64,000 nt of DNA. Origin: Auanema rhodensis (taxonomy: Eukaryota > Animalia > Nematoda). Positions within the stretch are counted from its first letter, which is position 1; each line of letters opens with the position of its first letter. The stretch spans positions 3,100,001-3,164,000 of the forward strand of contig OZ059898.1 of assembly GCA_964057225.1 (NCBI GenBank), written 5' to 3'. The translations under genes and the position numbers were made by a program. Shown piece after piece: positions 1 through 12,000 of this stretch. The notes under the pieces are model-generated. The model did not search any database, was not told the DNA's origin, and worked only from the letters and a program-made list of their open reading frames with translations.

Positions 1-16
1 CACCGAGATATCAACT

Positions 17-38
17 GATATAAGTTCACACTTATATC
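17..38. other. Dyad 1 (in every monomer): 9-bp inverted repeat GATATAAGT-tcac-ACTTATATC
   Basis: Arms at 17-25 and 30-38 are exact reverse complements with a 4-nt loop. Flanking CGAG (4-7) and CTCG (39-42) can also pair. The common variant GATACAAGT introduces one mismatch. Confidence 0.9.
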
Positions 39-140
39 CTCGATTTTCACCCTGAAGAATTAACTTTTTCGTTGAATAACATTGTCTATCGTCTTTGCCT
101 TGAAAAATGGAATCTAAAAACATCTACTTTTTGGTAAACT

Positions 141-175
141 ATTTTGAAATTTTTCGAAAAAATTTTTGTCAAAAT
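141..175. other. Dyad 2 (in most monomers): imperfect palindrome centred on TTTTTCGAAAAA
   Basis: Perfect 12-bp palindrome at 150-161, nested inside ATTTTGA (141-147) / TCAAAAT (169-175). An outer AAAAACAT (116-123) / ATGTTTTT (174-181) pair also exists. The TTTTCCGAAAAA variant weakens the core. Confidence 0.85.
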
Positions 176-188
176 GTTTTTGGAAGCA

Positions 189-216
189 ATGTTGAGTGTA
201 CATGGAAACTCAACAT
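189..216. other. Dyad 3 (in every monomer): 9-bp inverted repeat ATGTTGAGT-n10-ACTCAACAT
   Basis: Arms at 189-197 and 208-216 are exact reverse complements with loop GTACATGGAA. It lies in the least variable part of the monomer. Confidence 0.9.
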
Positions 217-299
217 ACACTAATGCATCATTTTTCAAACGATCATAACTAATTTTTGTATCAAGCGTTTCTCAATGTATTATAGTGCATTCGATCCGG

Positions 300-350
300 A
301 TTTTTAAGCTGCGTCGATCTGTGTTATCAGATTTGCGCTAGCTTAAAAAT
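300..350. other. Dyad 4 (in every monomer): 51-bp imperfect hairpin with 11-bp arms ATTTTTAAGCT/AGCTTAAAAAT
   Basis: Arms at 300-310 and 340-350 are exact reverse complements. Inner pairs GCG/CGC and ATCTG/CAGAT close a TGTTAT loop. Confidence 0.9.
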
Positions 351-3300
351 GCACCGAGATATCAACTGATATAAGTTCACACTTATATCCTCGATTTTCA
401 CCCTGAAGAATTAATTTTTTTGTTGAATAACATTGTCCATCGTCTTTGCCTTGAAAAAAGGAATCTAAAAACATCTACTTTTTGCTAAATTATTTTGAAA
501 TTTTCCGAAAAAATTTTTGTCAAAATGTTTTTGGAAGCAATGTTGAGTGTACATGGAAACTCAACATACACTAATGCATCATTTTTCAAACGATCATAAC
601 TAATTTTTGTATTAAGCGTTTTTCAATGTAGTATAGTGCAATCGATGCGGATTTTTAAACTGCGTCGATCTGTGTTATCAGATTTGCGCTAGCTTAAAAA
701 TGCACCGAGATATCAAATGATATAAGTTCACACTTATATCCTCGATTTTCATCCTGAAGAATTAATTTTTTCGTTGAATAACGTTGTCCATCGTCTTTGC
801 CTTGGAAAATCGAATCTAAAAACATCTACTTTTCGCTAAATTATTTTGAAATTTTTCGAAAAAATTTTTGTCAAAATGTTTTTGGAAGCAATGTTGAGTG
901 TACATGGAAACTCAACATACACTAATGCATCATTTTTCAAACGATCATAACTAATTTTTGTATCACGCGTTTTTCAATGTAGTATAGTGCATTCGATGCG
1001 GATTTTTAAGCTGCGTCGATCTGTGTTATCAGATTTGCGCTAGCTTAAAAATGCACCGAGATATCAACTGATACAAGTTCACACTTATATCCTCGATTTT
1101 CACCCTGAAGAAATAATTTTTTCGTTGAATAACATTGTCCATCGTCTTTGCCTTGAAAAAAGGACTTTCAAAACATCTACTTTTTGCTAAATTATTTTGA
1201 AATTTTTCGAAAAAATTTTTGTCAAAATGTTTTTGGAAGCAATGTTGAGTGTACATGGAAACTCAACATACACTAATGCATCATTTTTCAAACGATCATA
1301 ACTAATTTTTGTATCAAGCGTTTTTCAATGTAGTATAGTGCATTCGATGCGGATTTTTAAGCTGCGTCGATCTGTGTTATCAGATTTGCGCTAGCTTAAA
1401 AATGCACCGAGATATCAACTGATACAAGTTCACACTTATATCCTCGATTTTCACCCTGAAGAAATAATTTTTTCGTTGAATAACATTGTCCATCGTCTTT
1501 GCCTTGAAAAAAGGATTTTAAAAACATCTACTTTTTGCTAAATTATTCTGAAATTTTCCGAAAAAATTTTTGTCAAAATGTTTTTGGAAGCAATGTTGAG
1601 TGTACATGGAAACTCAACATACACTAATGCATCATTTTTCAAACGATCATAACTAATTTTTGTATTAAGCGTTTTTTAATGTAGTATAGTGCATTCGATC
1701 CGGATTTTTAAGCTGCGTCGATCTGTGTTATCAGATTTGCGCTAGCTTAAAAATGCACCGAGATATCAACTGATATAAGTTCACACTTATATCCTCGATT
1801 TTCACCCTGAAGAAATAATTTTTTCGTTGAATAACATTGTCCATCGTCTTTGCCTTGAAAAATCAAATCTAAAAACATCTACTTTTCGCTAAATTATTTT
1901 GAAATTTTTCGAAAAAATTTTTGTCAAAATGTTTTTGGAAGCAATGTTGAGTGTACATGGAAACTCAACATACACTAATGCATCATTTTTCAAACGATCA
2001 TAACTAATTTTTGTATCAAGCGTTTTTCAATGTAGTAGAGTGCATTCGATGCGGATTTTTAAGCTGCGTCGATCTGTGTTATCAGATTTGCGCTAGCTTA
2101 AAAATGCACCGAGATATCAACTGATATAAGTTCACACTTATATCCTCGATTTTCACCCTGAAGAATTAACTTTTTCGTTGAATAACATTGTCTATCGTCT
2201 TTGCCTTGAAAAATGGAATCTAAAAACATCTACTTTTTGGTAAACTATTTTGAAATTTTTCGAAAAAATTTTTGTCAAAATGTTTTTGGAAGCAATGTTG
2301 AGTGTACATGGAAACTCAACATACACTAATGCATCATTTTTCAAACGATCATAACTAATTTTTGTATCAAGCGTTTCTCAATGTATTATAGTGCATTCGA
2401 TCCGGATTTTTAAGCTGCGTCGATCTGTGTTATCAGATTTGCGCTAGCTTAAAAATGCACCGAGATATCAACTGATATAAGTTCACACTTATATCCTCGA
2501 TTTTCACCCTGAAGAATTAATTTTTTCGTTGAATAACATTGTCCATCGTCTTTGCCTTGAAAAAAGGAATCTAAAAACATCTACTTTTTGCTAAATTATT
2601 TTGAAATTTTCCGAAAAAATTTTTGTCAAAATGTTTTTGGAAGCAATGTTGAGTGTACATGGAAACTCAACATACACTAATGCATCATTTTTCAAACGAT
2701 CATAACTAATTTTTGTATTAAGCGTTTTTCAATGTAGTATAGTGCAATCGATGCGGATTTTTAAACTGCGTCGATCTGTGTTATCAGATTTGCGCTAGCT
2801 TAAAAATGCACCGAGATATCAAATGATATAAGTTCACACTTATATCCTCGATTTTCATCCTGAAGAATTAATTTTTTCGTTGAATAACGTTGTCCATCGT
2901 CTTTGCCTTGGAAAATCGAATCTAAAAACATCTACTTTTCGCTAAATTATTTTGAAATTTTTCGAAAAAATTTTTGTCAAAATGTTTTTGGAAGCAATGT
3001 TGAGTGTACATGGAAACTCAACATACACTAATGCATCATTTTTCAAACGATCATAACTAATTTTTGTATCACGCGTTTTTCAATGTAGTATAGTGCATTC
3101 GATGCGGATTTTTAAGCTGCGTCGATCTGTGTTATCAGATTTGCGCTAGCTTAAAAATGCACCGAGATATCAACTGATACAAGTTCACACTTATATCCTC
3201 GATTTTCACCCTGAAGAAATAATTTTTTCGTTGAATAACATTGTCCATCGTCTTTGCCTTGGAAAAAGGATTTTAAAAACATCTACTTTTTGCTAAATTA

Positions 3301-5499
3301 TTCTGAAATTTTCCGAAAAAATTTTTGTCAAAATGTTTTTGGAAGCAATGTTGAGTGTACATGGAAACTCAACTTACACTAATGCATCATTTTTCAAACG
3401 ATCATAACTAATTTTTGTATCAAGCGTTTTTCAATGTAGTAGAGTGCATTCGATGCGGATTTTTAAGCTGCGTCGATCTGTGTTATCAGATTTGCGCTAG
3501 CTTAAAAATGCACCGAGATATCAACTGATATAAGTTCACACTTATATCCTCGATTTTCACCCTGAAGAATTAACTTTTTCGTTGAATAACATTGTCTATC
3601 GTCTTTGCCTTGAAAAATGGAATCTAAAAACATCTACTTTTTGGTAAACTATCTTGAAATTTTTCGAAAAAATTTTTGTCAAAATGTTTTTGGAAGCAAT
3701 GTTGAGTGTACATGGAAACTCAACATACACTAATGCATCATTTTTCAAACGATCATAACTAATTTTTGTATCAAGCGTTTCTCAATGTATTATAGTGCAT
3801 TCGATCCGGATTTTTAAGCTGCGTCGATCTGTGTTATCAGATTTGCGCTAGCTTAAAAATGCACCGAGATATCAACTGATATAAGTTCACACTTATATCC
3901 TCGATTTTCACCCTGAAGAATTAATTTTTTCGTTGAATAACATTGTCCATCGTCTTTGCCTTGAAAAAAGGAATCTAAAAACATCTACTTTTTGCTAAAT
4001 TATTTTGAAATTTTCCGAAAAAATTTTTGTCAAAATGTTTTTGGAAGCAATGTTGAGTGTACATGGAAACTCAACATACACTAATGCATCATTTTTCAAA
4101 CGATCATAACTAATTTTTGTATTAAGCGTTTTTCAATGTAATATAGTGCAATCGATGCGGATTTTTAAACTGCGTCGATCTGTGTTATCAGATTTGCGCT
4201 AGCTTAAAAATGCACCGAGATATCAAATGATATAAGTTCACACTTATATCCTCGATTTTCATCCTGAAGAATTAATTTTTTCGTTGAATAACGTTGTCCA
4301 TCGTCTTTGCCTTGGAAAATCGAATCTAAAAACATCTACTTTTCGCTAAATTATTTTGAAATTTTTCGAAAAAATTTTTGTCAAAATGTTTTTGGAAGCA
4401 ATGTTGAGTGTACATGGAAACTCAACATACACTAATGCATCATTTTTCAAACGATCATAACTAATTTTTGTATCACGCGTTTTTCAATGTAGTATAGTGC
4501 ATTCGATGCGAATTTTTAAGCTGCGTCGATCTGTGTTATCAGATTTGCGCTAGCTTAAAAATGCACCGAGATATCAACTGATACAAGTTCACACTTATAT
4601 CCTCGATTTTCACCCTGAAGAAATAATTTTTTCGTTGAATAACATTGTCCATCGTCTTTGCCTTGAAAAAAGGATTTTAAAAACATCTACTTTTTGCTAA
4701 ATTATTTTGAAATTTTTCGAAAAAATTTTTGTCAAAATGTTTTTGGAAGCAATGTTGAGTGTACATGGAAACTCAACATACACTAATGCATCATTTTTCA
4801 AACGATCATAACTAATTTTTGTATCAAGCGTTTTTCAATGTAGTATAGTGCATTCGATGCGGATTTTTAAGCTGCGTCGATCTGTGTTATCAGATTTGCG
4901 CTAGCTTAAAAATGCACCGAGATATCAACTGATACAAGTTCACACTTATATCCTCGATTTTCACCCTGAAGAAATAATTTTTTCGTTGAATAACATTGTC
5001 CATCGTCTTTGCCTTGAAAAAAGGATTTTAAAAACATCTACTTTTTGCTAAATTATTCTGAAATTTTCCGAAAAAATTTTTGTCAAAATGTTTTTGGAAG
5101 CAATGTTGAGTGTACATGGAAACTCAACATACACTAATGCATCATTTTTCAAACGATCATAACTAATTTTTGTATTAAGCGTTTTTTAATGTAGTATAGT
5201 GCATTCGATCCGGATTTTTAAGCTGCGTCGATCTGTGTTATCAGATTTGCGCTAGCTTAAAAATGCACCGAGATATCAACTGATATAAGTTCACACTTAT
5301 ATCCTCGATTTTCACCCTGAAGAATTAATTTTCTCGTTGAATAACATTGTCCATCGTCTTTGCCTTGAAAAAAGGAATCTAAAAACATCTACTTTTTGCT
5401 AAATTAATTTGAAATTTTCCGAAAAAATTTTTGTCAAAATGTTTTTAGAAGCAATGTTGAGTGTACATGGAAACTCAACATACACTAATGCATCATTTT

Positions 5500-8400
5500 T
5501 CAAACGATCATAACTAATTTTTGTATTAAGCGTTTTTCCATGTAGTATAGTGCAATCGATGCGGATTTTTAAGCTGCGTCGATCTGTGTTATCAGATTTG
5601 CGCTAGCTTAAAAATGCACCGAGATATCAACTGATATAAGTTCACACTTATATCCTCGATTTTCATCCTGAAGAATTAATTTTTTCGTTGAATAACATTG
5701 TCCATCGTCTTTGCCTTGAAAAATCAAATCTAAAAACATCTACTTTTCGCTAAATTATTTTGAAATTTTTCGAAAAAATTTTTGTCAAAATGTTTTTGGA
5801 AGCAATGTTGAGTGTACATGGAAACTCAACATACACTAATGCATCATTTTTCAAACGATCATAACTAATTTTTGTATCAAGCGTTTTTCAATGTAGTAGA
5901 GTGCATTCGATGCGGATTTTTAAGCTGCGTCGATCTGTGTTATCAGATTTGCGCTAGCTTAAAAATGCACCGAGATATCAACTGATATAAGTTCACACTT
6001 ATATCCTCGATTTTCACCCTGAAGAATTAACTTTTTCGTTGAATAACATTGTCTATCGTCTTTGCCTTGAAAAATGGAATCTAAAAACATCTACTTTTTG
6101 GTAAACTATTTTGAAATTTTTCGAAAACATTTTTGTCAAAATGTTTTTGGAAGCAATGTTGAGTGTACATGGAAACTCAACATACACTAATGCATCATTT
6201 TTCAAACGATCTAAACTAAATTTTGTATCAAGCGTTTTTCAATGTAGTATAGTGCATTCGATGCGGATTTTTAAGCTGCGTCGATCTGTGTTATCAGATT
6301 TGCGCTAGCTTAAAAATGCACCGAGATATCAACTGATACAAGTTCACACTTATATCCTCGATTTTCACCCTGAAGAAATAATTTTTTCGTTGAATAACAT
6401 TGTCCATCGTCTTTGCCTTGAAAAAAGGATTTTAAAAACATCTACTTTTTGCTAAATTATTTTGAAATTTTTCGAAAAAATTTTTGTCAAAATGTTTTTG
6501 GAAGCAATGTTGAGTGTACATGGAAACTCAACATACACTAATGCATCATTTTTCAAACGATCATAACTAATTTTTGTATCAAGCGTTTCTTAATGTAGTA
6601 TAGTGCATTCGATCCGGATTTTTAAGCTGCGTCGATCTGTGTTATCAGATTTGCGCTAGCTTAAAAATGCACCGAGATATCAACTGATATAAGTTCACAC
6701 TTATATCCTCGATTTTCACCCTGAAGAAATAATTTTTTCGTTGAATAACATCGTCCATCGTCTTTGCCTTGAAAAAAGGAATCTAAAAACATCTACTTTT
6801 TGCTAAATTATTTTGAAATTTTTCGAAAAAATTTTTGTCAAAATGTTTTTGGAAGCAATGTTGAGTGTACATGGAAACTCAACATACACTAATGCATCAT
6901 TTTTCAAACGATCATAACTAATTTTTGTATCAAGCGTTTCTTAATGTAGTATAGTGCATTCGATCCGGATTTTTAAGCTGCGTCGATCTGTGTTATCAGA
7001 TTTGCGCTAGCTTAAAAATGCACCGAGATATCAACTGATATAAGTTCACACTTATATCCTCGATTTTCACCCTGAAGAAATAATTTTTTCGTTGAATAAC
7101 ATCGTCCATCGTCTTTGCCTTGAAAAAAGGAATCTAAAAACATCTACTTTTTGCTAAATTATTTTGAAATTTTTCGAAAAAATTTTTGTCAAAATGTTTT
7201 TGGAAGCAATGTTGAGTGTACATGGAAACTCAACATACACTAATGCATCATTTTTCAAACGATCATAACTAATTTTTGTATTAAGCGTTTTTCCATGTAG
7301 TATAGTGCAATCGATGCGGATTTTTAAGCTGCGTCGATCTGTGTTATCAGATTTGCGCTAGCTTAAAAATGCACCGAGATATCAACTGATATAAGTTCAC
7401 ACTTATATCCTCGATTTTCATCCTGAAGAATTAATTTTTTCGTTGAATAACATTGTCCATCGTCTTTGCCTTGAAAAATCAAATCTAAAAACATCTACTC
7501 TTCGCTAAATTATTTTGAAATTTTTCGAAAAAATTTTTGTCAAAATGTTTTTGGAAGCAATGTTGAGTGTACATGGAAACTCAACATACACTAATGCATC
7601 ATTTTTCAAACGATCATAACTAATTTTTGTATCAAGCGTTTTTCAATGTAGTAGAGTGCATTCGATGCGGATTTTTAAGCTGCGTCGATCTGTGTTATCA
7701 GATTTGCGCTAGCTTAAAAATGCACCGAGATATCAACTGATATAAGTTCACACTTATATCCTCGATTTTCACCCTGAAGAATTAACTTTTTCGTTGAATA
7801 ACATTGTCTATCGTCTTTGCCTTGAAAAATGGAATCTAAAAACATCTACTTTTTGGTAAACTATTTTGAAATTTTTCGAAAAAATTTTTGTCAAAATGTT
7901 TTTGGAAGCAATGTTGAGTGTACATGGAAACTCAACATACACTAATGCATCATTTTTCAAACGATCTAAACTAATTTTTGTATCAAGCGTTTTTCAATGT
8001 AGTATAGTGCATTCGATGCGGATTTTTAAGCTGCGTCGATCTGTGTTATCAGATTTGCGCTAGCTTAAAAATGCACCGAGATATCAACTGATACAAGTTC
8101 ACACTTATATCCTCGATTTTCACCCTGAAGAAATAATTTTTTCGTTGAATAACATTGTCCATCGTCTTTGCCTTGAAAAAAGGATTTTAAAAACATCTAC
8201 TTTTTGCTAAATTATTTTGAAATTTTTCGAAAAAATTTTTGTCAAAATGTTTTTGGAAGCAATGTTGAGTGTACATGGAAACTCAACATACACTAATGCA
8301 TCATTTTTCAAACGATCATAACTAATTTTTGTATCAAGCGTTTCTTAATGTAGTATAGTGCATTCGATCCGGATTTTTAAGCTGCGTCGATCTGTGTTAT

Positions 8401-9036
8401 CAGATTTGCGCTAGCTTAAAAATGCACCGAGATATCAACTGATATAAGTTCACACTTATATCCTCGATTTTCACCCTGAAGAAATAATTTTTTCGTTGAA
8501 TAACATCGTCCATCGTCTTTGCCTTGAAAAAAGGAATCTAAAAACATCTACTTTTTGCTAAATTATTTTGAAATTTTTCGAAAAAATTTTTGTCAAAATG
8601 TTTTTGGAAGCAATGTTGAGTGTACATGGAAACTCAACATACACTAATGCATCATTTTTCAAACGATCATAACTAATTTTTGTATCAAGCGTTTCTTAAT
8701 GTAGTATAGTGCATTCGATCCGGATTTTTAAGCTGCGTCGATCTGTGTTATCAGATTTGCGCTAGCTTAAAAATGCACCGAGATATCAACTGATATAAGT
8801 TCACACTTATATCCTCGATTTTCACCCTGAAGAAATAATTTTTTCGTTGAATAACATCGTCCATCGTCTTTGCCTTGAAAAAAGGAATCTAAAAACATCT
8901 ACTTTTTGCTAAATTATTTTGAAATTTTTCGAAAAAATTTTTGTCAAAATGTTTTTGGAAGCAATGTTGAGTGTACATGGAAACTCAACATACACTAATG
9001 CATCATTTTTCAAACGATCATAACTAATTTTTGTAT
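5500..9036 (+). repeat. Local 5-mer higher-order repeat, period 1,755 bp, two units (repeated in copy 2 at about 39544-43080)
   Basis: TTCCATG, AAATCAAATC/GTAGAG, GATCTAAAC and CATCGTCC variants recur at +1755. The ORFs at 6111 and 7866 are also 1755 apart. Confidence 0.85.
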
Positions 9037-12000
9037 CAAGCGTTTCTTAATGTAGTATAGTGCATTCGATCCGGATTTTTAAGCTGCGTCGATCTGTGTT
9101 ATCAGATTTGCGCTAGCTTAAAAATGCACCGAGATATCAACTGATACAAGTTCACACTTATATCCTCGATTTTCACCCTGAAGAAATAATTTTTTCGTTG
9201 AATAACATTGTCCATCGTCTTTGCCTTGAAAAAAGGATTTTAAAAACATCTACTTTTTGCTAAATTATTTTGAAATTTTTCGAAAAAATTTTTGTCAAAA
9301 TGTTTTTGGAAGCAATGTTGAGTGTACATGGAAACTCAACATACACTAATGCATCATTTTTCAAACGATCTAAACTAATTTTTGTATCAAGCGTTTTTCA
9401 ATGTAGTATAGTGCATTCGATGCGGATTTTTAAGCTGCGTCGATCTGTGTTATCAGATTTGCGCTAGCTTAAAAATGCACCGAGATATCAACTGATATAA
9501 GTTCACACTTATATCCTCGATTTTCACCCTGAAGAAATAATTTTTTCGTTGAATAACATCGTCCATCGTCTTTGCCTTGAAAAAAGGAATCTAAAAACAT
9601 CTACTTTTTGCTAAATTATTTTGAAATTTTTCGAAAAAATTTTTGTCAAAATGTTTTTGGAAGCAATGTTGAGTGTACATGGAAACTCAACATACACTAA
9701 TGCATCATTTTTCAAACGATCATAACTAATTTTTGTATTAAGCGTTTTTCAATGTAGTATAGTGCATTCGATGCGGATTTTTAGGCTGCGTCGATCTGTG
9801 TTATCAGATTTGCGCTAGCTTAAAAATGCACCGAGATATCAACTGATATAAGTTCACACTTATATCCTCGATTTTCACCCTGAAGAATTAATTTTTTCGT
9901 TGAATAACATTGTCTATCGTCTTTGCCTTGAGAAATGGAATCTAAAAACATCTACTTTTTGCTAAATTATTTTGAAATTTTTCGAAAAAATTTTTGTCAA
10001 AATGTTTTTGGAAGCAATGTTGAGTGTACATGGAAACTCAACATACACTAATGCATCATTTTTCAAACGATCATAACTAATTTTTGTATCAAGCGTTTCT
10101 CAATGTAGTATAGTGCATTCGATCCGGATTTTTAAGCTGCGTCGATCTGTGTTATCAGATTTGCGCTAGCTTAAAAATGCAACGAGATATCAACTGATAT
10201 AAGTTCACACTTATATCCTCGATTTTCACCCTGAAGAAATAATTTTTTCGTTGAATAACATTGTCCATCGTCTTTGCTTTGAAAAAAGGAATCTAAAAAC
10301 ATCTACTTTTTGCTAAATTATTTTGAAATTTTTCGAAAAAATTTTTGTCAAAACTTTTTGGAAGCAATGTTGAGTGTACATGGAAACTCAACATACACTA
10401 ATGCATCATTTTTCAAACGATCATAACTAATTTTTGTATTAAGCGTTTTTCAATGTAGTATAGTGCATTCGATGCGGATTTTTAAGCTGCGTCGATCTGT
10501 GTTATCAGATTTGCGCTAGCTTAAAAATGCACCGAGATATCAACTGATATAAGTTCACACTTATATCCTCGATTTTCACCCTGAAGAATTAATTTTCTCG
10601 TTGAATAACATTGTCCATCGTCTTTGCCTTGAAAAAAGGAATCTAAAAACATCTACTTTTTGCTGAATTATTTTGAAATTTTTCGAAAAAATTTTTGTCA
10701 AAATGTTTTTGGAAGCAATGTTGAGTGTACATGGAAACTCAACATACACTAATGCATCATTTTTCGAACGATCATAACTAATTTTTGTATCAAGCGTTTC
10801 TTAATGTAGTATAGTGCATTCGATCCGGATTTTTAAGCTGCGTCGATCTATGTTATCAGATTTGCGCTAGCTTAAAAATGCACCGAGATATCAACTGATA
10901 TAAGTTCACACTTATATCCTCGATTTTCATCCTGAAGAATTAATTTTTTCGTTGAATAACATTGTCCATCGTTTTTGCCTTGAAAAATCGAATCTAAAAA
11001 CATCTACTTTTCGCTAAATTATTTTGAAATTTTTCGAAAAAATTTTTGTCAAAATGTTTTTGGAAGCAATGTTGAGTGTACATGGAAACTCAACATACAC
11101 TAATGCATCATTTTTCAAACGATCATAACTAATTTTTGTATCAAGCGTTTTTCAATGTAGTATAGTGCATTCGATGCGGATTTTTAAGCTGCGTCGATCT
11201 GTGTTATCAGATTTGCGCTAGCTTAAAAATGCACCGAGATATCAACTGATACAAGTTCACACTTATATCCTCGATTTTCACCCTGAAGAAATAATTTTTT
11301 CGTTGAATAACATTGTCCATCGTCTTTGCCTTGAAAAAAGGATTTTAAAAACATCTACTTTTTGCTAAATTATTTTGAAATTTTTCGAAAAAATTTTTGT
11401 CAAAATGTTTTTGGAAGCAATGTTGAGTGTACATGGAAACTCAACATACACTAATGCATCATTTTTCAAACGATCATAACTAATTTTTGTATCAAGCGTT
11501 TTTCAATGTAGTATAGTGCATTCGATGCGGATTTTTAAGCTGCGTCGATCTGTGTTATCAGATTTGCGCTAGCTTAAAAATGCACCGAGATATCAACTGA
11601 TACAAGTTCACACTTATATCCTCGATTTTCACCCTGAAGAAATAATTTTTTCGTTGAATAACATTGTCCATCGTCTTTGCCTTGAAAAAAGGATTTTAAA
11701 AACATCTACTTTTTGCTAAATTATTTTGAAATTTTTCGAAAAAATTTTTGTCAAAATGTTTTTGGAAGCAATGTTGAGTGTACATGGAAACTCAACATAC
11801 ACTAATGCATCATTTTTCAAACGATCATAACTAATTTTTGTATCAAGCGTTTCTTAATGTAGTATAGTGCATTCGATCCGGATTTTTAAGCTGCGTCGAT
11901 CTGTGTTATCAGATTTGCGCTAGCTTAAAAATGCACCGAGATATCAACTGATATAAGTTCACACTTATATCCTCGATTTTCACCCTGAAGAAATAATTTT

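Larger units (their letters stand above)
1..351 (+). repeat. Reference satellite monomer (M1), 351 bp, about 32% GC, rich in A/T tracts
   Basis: Hand count gives 111 G+C in 351 bp (59 C, 52 G) and 12 CpG. Many A4-6/T4-6 runs. Monomer phase is arbitrary and set by the window start. Confidence 0.97.

Noticed and set aside
67-83. CENP-B box-like motif TTTCGTTGAATAACATT
   Set aside because: It matches only the TTCGTTG half of the mammalian box (CTTCGTTGGAAACGGGA) and lacks the essential CGGG. Such a partial match is plausible by chance.
300-351. Helitron 3' end (hairpin plus CTAG) or MITE origin of the monomer
   Set aside because: The CTAG at 338-341 lies within the dyad and is followed by C rather than T. 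No terminal inverted repeats or target-site duplications can be defined in a seamless array. A transposon origin cannot be excluded without a database search.
1-351. Tandem 5S rRNA, tRNA, snRNA or spliced-leader gene repeat
   Set aside because: The unit size is compatible, but I recognise no 5S, tRNA cloverleaf or spliced-leader sequence, and GC is low. An Infernal/Rfam scan would be decisive.
1-351. Bacterial promoters or rho-independent terminators suggested by hairpins and T-tracts
   Set aside because: The stems are AT-rich, there are no adjacent genes, and the context is a satellite array.
1029-1256. 75-aa minus-strand ORF (and its copy at 35073-35300)
   Set aside because: It is open only because the GGACTTTCAAAA variant removes a stop. 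It is F/K-rich low-complexity translation of satellite with no recognisable domain, and is closed in nearly all other monomers.
6111-6308. 65-aa plus-strand ORFs (6111, 7866, 9270, 40155, 41910, 43314)
   Set aside because: They start at TTG and exist only where GATCATAA becomes GATCTAAA, removing a TAA. Their positions simply track the duplications.
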